Of a DNA stretch of 64,000 nucleotides, positions 1 through 7,371 are shown piece after piece. Every line of letters begins with the position of its first letter. Position 1 is the stretch's first letter. The translations under genes and the position numbers were made by a program. The notes under the pieces are model-generated. The model searched no databases. It saw only the letters and a program-made list of their open reading frames with translations, and had not been told where the DNA came from. This DNA is from an uncultured Armatimonadetes bacterium (GTDB lineage Bacteria; Armatimonadota; UBA5829; DTJY01): contig OY970325.1 in assembly GCA_963717145.1 (NCBI GenBank), positions 1,334,930-1,398,929 on the forward strand, written 5' to 3'.

Positions 1-849
1 GCCCTTCGTGTAGACGCTCAGCTCCTTCCGATTCCCCCACCCCTCGATGCTGCACTGCGAATCGTGGTAGCTGATCAAGCCGTCCGTGCCGATCAGGTCG
101 TACCGCAGATTGGCTTCATGCTGAGGAGTATTGTGGGTATATGCCCAGCCGTTCTCGTTCAGCAGCATCACGCCGTTCTCCATCTTGCACGTTGCGATCA
201 CGTGATCGGGGTTAGGCCAATCTTCGATGTAGACGCCCTTCGCGCAGATCTCCGCGAACTCGGAGCCGGAGTAGTACCGCCCGAGGTCGAAGTAGTGGAT
301 GCCGCAGTCGACGATCGGGCCGAGGCCTTCGGTGATCAGCATCCTGTACCGGTCGTCGCCGGCCCATCGCCCACCCATCCAGTTGCCGACACATCTGATC
401 ACCTTCAACTCGCCGATTGCGCCTGAGTCGAGCAGCCGCTTCATCTCGGGATGCGGCTCGGAGAGTCGGAGTTCGAAGTTGATGGCGAACAGCTTCCCGG
501 CCTGCTGCATCGCGTCAACCATCTCCTGCCCCTGCTCGACGGTCGGTGCGATCGGTTTCTCGCCCAATACGTGCTTCCCGGCCGCGGCGGCATCCATCAC
601 CACCTGGTGGTGGTCCGGGAGGGGAACCGCCATGCCGATCGCGTCGATGTCATCGCGGGCGAGAAGTTCGTGATAGTCCGTATATGTGCCGTCGATGCCG
701 TACTTCTCCTTGAGTTCCGCAAGGCGATCCTCACTCAGATCGGAAACGGCAACGAGGTCGATGACGTCGGTAAGCGAGGCCAGCGCGGGCAAGTGTCCGT
801 AGCAGGCGACCGTCCCGCACCCGATCATGCCCATCCGTACTTTCTCCAT
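1..849 (-). CDS. Gfo/Idh/MocA family oxidoreductase (3' end runs off the window)
   Basis: Manual translation from ATG 849 gives MEKVRMGMIGCGTVACYGHLPAL (Rossmann start) and later HVLGEKP; GGGAGG RBS upstream. Confidence 0.85.
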   Translation of the reverse strand, partial: MEKVRMGMIGCGTVACYGHLPALASLTDVIDLVAVSDLSEDRLAELKEKYGIDGTYTDYHELLARDDIDAIGMAVPLPDHHQVVMDAAAAGKHVLGEKPIAPTVEQGQEMVDAMQQAGKLFAINFELRLSEPHPEMKRLLDSGAIGELKVIRCVGNWMGGRWAGDDRYRMLITEGLGPIVDCGIHYFDLGRYYSGSEFAEICAKGVYIEDWPNPDHVIATCKMENGVMLLNENGWAYTHNTPQHEANLRYDLIGTDGLISYHDSQCSIEGWGNRKELSVYTKG

Positions 850-872
850 CACAATCCTCCCACCTCCGAATA

Positions 873-1070
873 CCGTAGGGACGGCGCTTCCACGCCCGCC
901 CGCACACCGTAGGGGCGGCGCTTCTATGCCCGCCCGCACACCGTAGGGGCGGTGCTTCTATGCCCGCCCGCACACCGTAGGGGCGGTGCTTCTATGCCCG
1001 CCCGCACACCGTAGGGGCGGCGCTTCCACGCCCGCCCGCGCCGGGAGGCCGTTGAAGGCCTCCCCTACGG
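873..1070. repeat. Five tandem 34-bp GTAG-type REP-like units plus one inverted partner REP
   Basis: Unit ccgtaggggcggYgcttcYaYgcccgcccgcaca starts at 873, 907, 941, 975, 1009; followed by gggaggccgttgaaggcctcccctacgg. Confidence 0.85.
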
Positions 1071-1143
1071 GTGATACGCCAAGAAAGCCGGCCGCCCTTA
1101 GTAGAACGACCGGCTCCCTGAAAACCGAAAGATGTGCGAGTGC

Positions 1144-1392
1144 TTATGCGCCCAGCTTCAGGTGCACATAATACACCATGGCCGTCAGCACCATGAATGA
1201 GATCGCAGCGTACTTCGTGAAGAGACTCAGCTTCTCATCGGCTCCGGGCTTGCCCCTGAAACTGGACGACATCTTGCCGCCGATGGTCCCGCTCAGACCC
1301 TCACTCTTTGTCGTCTGTGACATGACGAGCGCAATCAACGCAACTGCGCTCAACAACTGACATACCGTAAGGATTACGCCTAATACACCCAA
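1144..1392 (-). CDS. secG: Preprotein translocase subunit SecG
   Basis: LIALVMSQTTKSEGLSGTIGG motif, two TM segments; TTG start after GAGGTG. Confidence 0.85.
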   Translation of the reverse strand: MGVLGVILTVCQLLSAVALIALVMSQTTKSEGLSGTIGGKMSSSFRGKPGADEKLSLFTKYAAISFMVLTAMVYYVHLKLGA

Positions 1393-1441
1393 TGCATTCC
1401 ACCTCGCAGAAGAAGACCCCCGTCCGGGGGTCATTCGCCAG

Positions 1442-1470
1442 AGTATAGCATTTCAGAAGTCGCTTGTCAA
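1442..1470 (-). promoter_or_regulatory. Sigma70-type promoter for secG
   Basis: TTGACA-17 nt-TATACT with TG extension on the minus strand. Confidence 0.75.
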
Positions 1471-1473
1471 TCC

Positions 1474-1662
1474 CTAGCCGTCGGACGACTCGGACTTGGC
1501 CGGCTCATCGTCACTCTTCGCTAGCTCCTTGGTCGACTTCTTGAACTCCTTGATCCCCTGTCCCAGTGACTTACCTAGCTCGGGAATCTTCTTTGCTCCG
1601 AACAGGAGCAGGATTATGACCAGGAGGATTATCAGTTCCGGGCCATGTGGAATAGTAGGCAT
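1474..1662 (-). CDS. tatA: Twin-arginine translocase TatA/TatE subunit
   Basis: [34 protein letters not shown]. Confidence 0.9.
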   Translation of the reverse strand: MPTIPHGPELIILLVIILLLFGAKKIPELGKSLGQGIKEFKKSTKELAKSDDEPAKSESSDG

Positions 1663-1704
1663 TTTGCATCGATCCCTTTCTGCAACCACCCGGCTGCAAG
1701 CAAC

Positions 1705-1933
1705 CTAATCTCTATCGAGAGATGATACCTCGTCCGTGACGCAGGACACCTCGCTCTTGACCTCAGTGTCGATCTGTTCCATCGACGACGTGAAATCCCT
1801 GGCCGCCTTCTTCAGTTCCCGCATTGCGGATCCCGACCGTGCGGCCGATCTCGGGCAGCTTCTTCGGACCGAAGAGCAGCAGGGCAATAAGCATTATGAC
1901 GACGATCTCGTTTGTTCCGATCGAGCCGAACAT
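1705..1933 (-). CDS. Second TatA/TatB family subunit (one apparent +1 frameshift near 1830)
   Basis: MFGSIGTNEIVVIMLIALLLFGPKKLPEIGRTVG continues in another frame as SAMRELKKAARDF; length is 3n+1. Confidence 0.75.
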
Positions 1934-1987
1934 TTCTCGAACCTCTAATACAGTATATCACAAATCTCAACGGAACGCACGATCATC

Positions 1988-2922
1988 TTAGCGCGACAAC
2001 TGCACGACCTCGACCTGCGCGGCGAGGGCGTCGATCTCCTCGCGCTTGCAGTACCCGGCTCCGAAGGTGGTCGCGTTGGCGGCCCCGCAGCGGTGCCCAA
2101 TCGGACTGCCTCCTCGACGGTTCCACCCTTCTCCAGTGAATAGACAAATGCCGCCGCAAGCGCATCGCCCGATCCGACCGCACTGAGAAACTCGATCTCG
2201 GGCGGACGAGCCCACCAGGTCTCCCCGCGGGTGCATGCAATCGAACCGTCACGTCCGAGGGTGACGACAACGATCTCGACGTCGCCGCCGCTCAATTCCT
2301 GCGCAACCGCGGCGGTCTCCTCTATCGTGGCAAGCTGGCGGCCTATTACGTCCGACAACTCGTGGACGTTCGGCTTTGCGATATACGGATGTGCCCTCAG
2401 GCCCTCCGAAAGCGCAGCGCCGCTCGAATCGAGCACCGTCCGTACATTATAACGTTTCGCGATCGCGATAAGTTCCGCGTATATCGAATCCTGCACTCCG
2501 GGCGGTTTGCTGCCGGACATGACAACGTATTCCATCCCCTGCACGAGAGCCTCGTACTTGGTCATGAAGTGGCATAGCTCCTCGGCGGAGACCTCGGGGC
2601 CGACCTCATTCAGTTCGGTCTGAGTGCGGTGGACCGGGTCGAGAATGGCGACGCACACCCTCGATTCGCCGTGGATCCGCACCAGGTCGTGCTTGATGCC
2701 CTCGTCATTGAGGCCCTCGATGATCTGCTCGCCGCTGTGGCCTCCAACGAAGCCGGTAGCCAATGCCTCACCGCCCAGTTCGTTATAGACGCGGGAGACA
2801 TTGATGCCCTTCCCGCCGGCGGTTATGCGCCAGGCGGACGGGCGGTGTACACGGTCGACGGTGAAGCCCTCGACCGTGTACGTCTTATCGACCGCGGAAT
2901 TGAGAGTTACAGTCAGGATCAT
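1988..2922 (-). CDS. pfkB: 1-phosphofructokinase/tagatose-6-phosphate kinase family hexose kinase (frameshift near 2085)
   Basis: MILTVTLNSAVD, AGGKGINVSR, KPNVHEL, SAVGSGD; conserved end GAANATTFGAG lies in the alternate frame after a G run. Confidence 0.85.
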
Positions 2923-2945
2923 CGTTCAATATCTCCGACGGATTG

Positions 2946-3026
2946 GGAACCACGGAGGCACAGAGGGCGCGGAGAAGACCATCACGCTCTCGTATTCCTC
3001 CGTGTCCTCCGTGCCTCCGTGGTTCC
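2946..3026. repeat. Inverted array of 8-9-nt repeats (CACGGAG / CTCCGTG)
   Basis: ggaaccacggaggcacagagggcgcggag ... ctccgtgtcctccgtgcctccgtggttcc. Confidence 0.7.
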
Positions 3027-3048
3027 GTTTCTCTCCACAAATCACTCG

Positions 3049-3077
3049 TTGACAGACGGAAACTCGTCTGGTATACT
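3049..3077 (+). promoter_or_regulatory. Sigma70-type promoter for tRNA-Leu
   Basis: TTGACA-17 nt-TATACT, 12 nt before the tRNA. Confidence 0.8.
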
Positions 3078-3089
3078 AAGCATCGAAAC

Positions 3090-3175
3090 GCCGAAGTGGC
3101 GGAATGGCAGACGCGCATGGTTCAGGACCATGTACCCGCAAGGGTGTAGGGGTTCAACTCCCCTCTTCGGCACCA
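3090..3175 (+). tRNA. tRNA-Leu (anticodon CAG)
   Basis: GCCGAAG acceptor stem, anticodon arm CATGG-TTCAGGA-CCATG, long variable arm, GGTTCAA T-loop, encoded CCA. Confidence 0.95.
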
Positions 3176-3185
3176 ACTCGATTTC

Positions 3186-3215
3186 AAGGCTCAGACATCT
3201 CGTCTGGGCCTTTTT
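3186..3215 (+). terminator. Intrinsic terminator after the tRNA
   Basis: aaggctcagac-atctc-gtctgggcctt hairpin ending in a T run. Confidence 0.7.
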
Positions 3216-4027
3216 GCCGTCCTCATTCTACGCCCAATGCTCCAGGTAGTCAAATCCTGCGCCCCATCGGGGCCTCCGGACTGAGAGACAGCCACCTCGG
3301 TTTCCCCCCTCAATTGCGTGTAGATATACACAAAGGCAAGTTGGAAGACCAGCAAGGTGACGATGATACCCACACAGCACACAAGCAATCCTCCCACCAT
3401 GAACAAGCCCAGGACGATTCCTCTACCGAGTAGCTTGAGCCGGATGCCATCAGTGAGCAGGGCGCTCCTTCGAAATGATTCGACAATCCCTCCGCCGTCG
3501 GCGGCCTCATAGTAAGCGAACCCGTACCGGAGAAGGACCGCGATAATCAGTGCGATGGAGGCAAAAGCCGCCATGAGCACTACGGCGGTTTCCAACGGAT
3601 TCCCACGTGTCGACTTGATGAGGGCATCGAGGGGGAATATCGGAGGGATCGCATAGAATTCTCTCAGAACACCCACGCCTGAGACCGCCACTGCCCCTAC
3701 GGCCAAGGGGATTCCCATAATCGAGCCGATGGCCATATTGAGCCAGTAGACACCCATCCACTGGATGTACCTACGGAAACCTCCAAACAGATCACGGACC
3801 GCTGGGTATTGGCCCCGCACAGCCTTCAGATTAACAACGGCCAGTCCGCCGGCCAGGGGAGCACTGATGAGGATGGCAAAGATGAAGTGCGCGACTCTGT
3901 TCCGTCCTGCGACAAGCGACACGACGGTTTCGATGATCAAAACCGCGATCAGCACCCAAGCATATTCCCTGAACGCCTTCCAGCCGGCGGAGAGCGCCTC
4001 GCGACTACTGACCAGTCTTCCCTGCAT
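3191..4027 (-). CDS. Integral membrane protein, DUF975-like
   Basis: Multiple TM helices; ALSAGWKAF, DLFGGF, ESFRRSALLTDG, GLLVCCVGII patterns. Confidence 0.65.
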   Translation of the reverse strand: MQGRLVSSREALSAGWKAFREYAWVLIAVLIIETVVSLVAGRNRVAHFIFAILISAPLAGGLAVVNLKAVRGQYPAVRDLFGGFRRYIQWMGVYWLNMAIGSIMGIPLAVGAVAVSGVGVLREFYAIPPIFPLDALIKSTRGNPLETAVVLMAAFASIALIIAVLLRYGFAYYEAADGGGIVESFRRSALLTDGIRLKLLGRGIVLGLFMVGGLLVCCVGIIVTLLVFQLAFVYIYTQLRGETEVAVSQSGGPDGAQDLTTWSIGRRMRTAKRPRRDV

Positions 4028-4131
4028 TCCGTCACCTTTCTGGATCAGTGTATGAGCCTGCCAGTCGCTTGTACGTTACCGGCACGCCGCCCGATCTCCT
4101 CTATGGCCGCCTGGAGCGAACGGCCGATTGC

Positions 4132-4160
4132 TTGACACGGCGTGCTCGGCGGGGTATACT
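4132..4160 (+). promoter_or_regulatory. Sigma70-type promoter for the MgtE-like/NRAMP operon
   Basis: TTGACA-17 nt-TATACT about 365 nt upstream of the ATG. Confidence 0.75.
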
Positions 4161-4353
4161 CAGGATGGCCGTCAGCGGGCGGCTAATGTCTATACTCACT
4201 GAGGTGACGGTTGGTGGATACCGACCCGGCCAATAGTACCAAGCTGTGCTGCCGATGCGCGGGCAGTGGATGCAGGAGGGCCATGTAGGGACTCGTCCGA
4301 CTGGTTTGTCTCCATTCACCTCCTCTCCCCCGCCCCGCATCCAGCACTAGAAC

Positions 4354-4507
4354 AAAATTCGAAATTCGAAGTACGAAATTCGAAACAACTCCGAAATCTC
4401 AGACTCGAATCAACGAAAGAATCGAAACTCGAGGCAAACGGAGCTTTCGGATGTCGAAATTCGGATTTGCAGTTTGTTTCGAATTTCGCATTTCGAATTT
4501 CGAATTT
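4354..4507. repeat. Inverted heptamer array (AAATTCG / CGAATTT)
   Basis: aaattcg aaattcg aagtacg aaattcg ... cgaattt cgcattt cgaattt cgaattt. Confidence 0.8.
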
Positions 4508-4526
4508 GCCTTTCGGGAGGCTCATC

Positions 4527-5813
4527 ATGCAATTCCTGACTCAGGCGCTCGGCCGAACCGCTATCGACAGCATCGGCGAACCGATCGGGAAGGTGCGGGA
4601 CGTCATCGTCTCGCCCGCCGAACCGCTGCCCGTGGTGTCGGCGATAGTCGTGCAGAACGGGCACGGCCCGCTGCTGATCCCCTGGAAACAAGTGCGTGAG
4701 GAAGTCGATCGCTTCAGCCTTCCCGTCCGCAGAGACGGAATCAGAGCTTACTCCCCGAAGCCCGACGACATCTGGCTCAAGAGGAATGTGCTCGACCGCC
4801 AGATCGTCGACGTTCACGACTACAAGGTCGTCCGGGTGAACGACGTGCGGTTCGTCGAGACGCCGGGCCAAGTGCGCCTGCTCGGGGTAGACGCGTCGAG
4901 TCGGGGACTGCTTCGAGAACTCGGGATCGAATGGGTGTCGGGCATCCTTCGTCTGATCCTGAGGAGGCCGGTCTCGGAGAAGATCATCGCCTGGGACGAT
5001 GTGGAAACCCTCGAGCAGACCGCCGGTCCGATCAAGCTCAAGATCCCGCTCCAGAAGCTGTCGAAGCTCCATCCCGCCGATATCGCGGACATCATCGAGC
5101 AGATGAACCCTATGCAGCGGGCCGACATCATCGAGAGCCTCGATGTGCAGACCGCGGCGGACGTTCTGCCCGAAACAACCGCTGAGATACAGGCCGAGAT
5201 CATCGAGGACCTGGACCCTGACGATGCGGCCGATATCCTGGAGGAGATGGACCCGGACGAGGCGGCGGACATCCTCGGCGACCTGTCTGAGGAACGCACG
5301 GAAGAGATCCTGAACGAGATGGAGCCCGAGGAAGCCACTGACGTCCGAGAGTTGCTCATCTACGAGGATGAGACCGCGGGCGGCCTGATGACCACCGATT
5401 TCGTGGTGCTCTCCGACAAGCAAACCGCTCAGGAGGCGATCAACCATCTCCGCGAGCTGACGCCGGACGCTGAGACGATCTACTACCTCTACGTCGTAAC
5501 CGCTGGCGAGACGCTCGCCGGCGTGATCTCGCTGAGGGACCTGATCGTCGCTCAGCCTGGGACGCCGATCACCGAGTTCATGGTCACCAGGGTCATCCAC
5601 CTCCACCCGGAGGCCAGCGTGCGGGAGGTCGCCGAGTTGTTCCAGAAGTACAATCTTCTCGCGCTGCCGGTCGTCGACTTCGGAAACGAATTGAAGGGCA
5701 TCATCACGGTGGATGACATCTTCGAGCACATACCGACGCGCGCATGGCGCGGGCGTCCCGGGAAGCGTCAGACCGCCCCCGAGCAGATGCTCGAACACGA
5801 AGTCGAGGCGTAG
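4527..5813 (+). CDS. MgtE-like cytosolic protein (PRC-barrel, MgtE N domain, CBS pair; no TM domain)
   Basis: LHPADIADIIE, MDPDEAADIL, YEDETAGGLMTT, GIITVDD; GGGAGG RBS before ATG 4527. Confidence 0.85.
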   Translation: MQFLTQALGRTAIDSIGEPIGKVRDVIVSPAEPLPVVSAIVVQNGHGPLLIPWKQVREEVDRFSLPVRRDGIRAYSPKPDDIWLKRNVLDRQIVDVHDYKVVRVNDVRFVETPGQVRLLGVDASSRGLLRELGIEWVSGILRLILRRPVSEKIIAWDDVETLEQTAGPIKLKIPLQKLSKLHPADIADIIEQMNPMQRADIIESLDVQTAADVLPETTAEIQAEIIEDLDPDDAADILEEMDPDEAADILGDLSEERTEEILNEMEPEEATDVRELLIYEDETAGGLMTTDFVVLSDKQTAQEAINHLRELTPDAETIYYLYVVTAGETLAGVISLRDLIVAQPGTPITEFMVTRVIHLHPEASVREVAELFQKYNLLALPVVDFGNELKGIITVDDIFEHIPTRAWRGRPGKRQTAPEQMLEHEVEA

Positions 5814-5817
5814 CTGC

Positions 5818-5927
5818 TGGAGTGCGATGGCTCGACATCGCTTTTCCGGGACGTGGCTCGACACGGCGGGTCCCCGAAGGCCGTCAAGCCGCCCGAGACC
5901 AAAGCGATGTCGAGCCATCGCACTCCA
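5818..5927. repeat. Palindromic element with 27-bp perfect arms (REP/MITE-like)
   Basis: tggagtgcgatggctcgacatcgcttt ... aaagcgatgtcgagccatcgcactcca. Confidence 0.8.
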
Positions 5928-5940
5928 TGCTGGAGAAGAC

Positions 5941-7257
5941 ATGCGCAAGAAGTTCACCAAAGCCAGGCTTCTTCTGATATTCGCGGCGATCGGCCCAGGA
6001 TTGATCGCGGCGAATGCGGACAACGACGCCGGCGGAATAACCACGTACAGTCTGGCAGGCGCACACTTCGGCTACAGTCTGCTATGGATCCTTACCATCA
6101 TCACATTCAGCCTGGCCGTGACGCAGGAGATGGGCGCGCGTATGGGTGCGGTCACCGGCAAGGGATTCGGCGGCCTGATTCGCGAGAAGTTCGGCGCGCG
6201 TTGGACAGGATTTGCGATATTCGTGATGCTGATTGCGAACCTCGGCACGACGAACGCGGAGTTCGCCGGTATCGCCACCAGCCTGAAGATATTCGGCACG
6301 CAACTGGGGGCAATGGTTCCTCCCTCAGAGCGCAACTTCGCGGTCTCGATTCTCGTTCCATTCCTGTCGATCAAATATGCGTGTTTGCCCTTCGCAGGCC
6401 TACTGGTCTACATGCTCATCGCGAAATTCGACTACCGACGCGTGCAGAAGGTCTTCCTGGTGAGCAGCGCGCTCTATCTGGCATACGTCGTGTCCGGCGC
6501 GCTCGCGCATCCTGACTGGTCAATGGCAGCGAAGAGCCTCGTGCATCCGACGATCAGCCTCGACACCGGCTATCTGCTGATGTTCATCGCCATGGTCGGA
6601 ACCACGATCACCCCGTGGGGTCAGTTCTTCATCCAGTCCTTTGTCGTGGACAAGCGACTCGGCGTGAAGGACCTGCCATATGCTCGGGCGGACGTCTACA
6701 TCGGCGCGTTCTTCACAGACTTCATCTCTTTCTTCATTATCGTCGCCTGCGCGGCCACGATCTATGCGACGGGAAGCCACATCACCGACGCCGCAGATGC
6801 CGCTCAGGCGCTTCGTCCGCTGGCTGGGCAGTTCGCATCGACACTGTTCGCATTCGGCCTGCTCAACGCATCGCTGCTCGGCGCGGCGGTGCTTCCGCTC
6901 ACCAGCGCATACGCGACGTGTGAGGCGTTCGGTTGGGAGGCGGGAATCGACAAAAAGCCGAGGGAGGCGCCGCTCTTCTACGGCCTATTCGTCTTCTTCA
7001 TCGTGGCATCGACCCTGATCGTCCTCATCCCGGGGCTGCCACTCTTGACGATCATGGTCCTGTCTCAGGTGCTGAACGGCGCGCTACTGCCGATCATCCT
7101 GATCTTCGTAGTCAAGGTAACTAACGACAGACTGGTGATGGGCGAGCACGTGAATTCGCGGATCTTCAACATCATCGCCACGGTCACGACGGCCGGGCTG
7201 ATCGTCATGACGCTCTTGCTGCTCGCCTCACCGCTCATCGCGCGACTGGGGAGATGA
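5941..7257 (+). CDS. NRAMP-family divalent metal transporter (NrmT-like, probably Mg2+)
   Basis: IGPGLIAANADNDAGGITTYS and GTTITPW motifs; adjacent to the MgtE-like gene. Confidence 0.85.
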   Translation: MRKKFTKARLLLIFAAIGPGLIAANADNDAGGITTYSLAGAHFGYSLLWILTIITFSLAVTQEMGARMGAVTGKGFGGLIREKFGARWTGFAIFVMLIANLGTTNAEFAGIATSLKIFGTQLGAMVPPSERNFAVSILVPFLSIKYACLPFAGLLVYMLIAKFDYRRVQKVFLVSSALYLAYVVSGALAHPDWSMAAKSLVHPTISLDTGYLLMFIAMVGTTITPWGQFFIQSFVVDKRLGVKDLPYARADVYIGAFFTDFISFFIIVACAATIYATGSHITDAADAAQALRPLAGQFASTLFAFGLLNASLLGAAVLPLTSAYATCEAFGWEAGIDKKPREAPLFYGLFVFFIVASTLIVLIPGLPLLTIMVLSQVLNGALLPIILIFVVKVTNDRLVMGEHVNSRIFNIIATVTTAGLIVMTLLLLASPLIARLGR

Positions 7258-7265
7258 TCAGACGA

Positions 7266-7370
7266 GCAGAACCCTCACCCCCGACCCCTCTCCCTCAGAA
7301 GGGCGAGGGGAGTGCCGGTCTGTCTCCCCTCGCCCTTCTGAGGGAGAGGGGTCGGGGGTGAGGGTTCTGC
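7266..7370. repeat. 47-bp perfect inverted repeat between convergent genes
   Basis: gcagaaccctcacccccgacccctctccctcagaagggcgaggggag (7266-7312) and its reverse complement (7324-7370). Confidence 0.85.
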
Positions 7371-7371
7371 A

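Noticed and set aside
873-1042. CRISPR array (34-bp period)
   Set aside because: Units are contiguous with no unique spacers, no cas genes are present, and the unit matches dispersed REP-like copies
3090-4027. Integrative element at tRNA-Leu
   Set aside because: No integrase, and I found no duplicated tRNA 3' end in the window
4410-6044. Long antisense ORFs (also 21519..22874, 25462..26988, 49100..51136, 53011..54342)
   Set aside because: Shadow ORFs opposite well-supported genes, expected at high GC; no motifs
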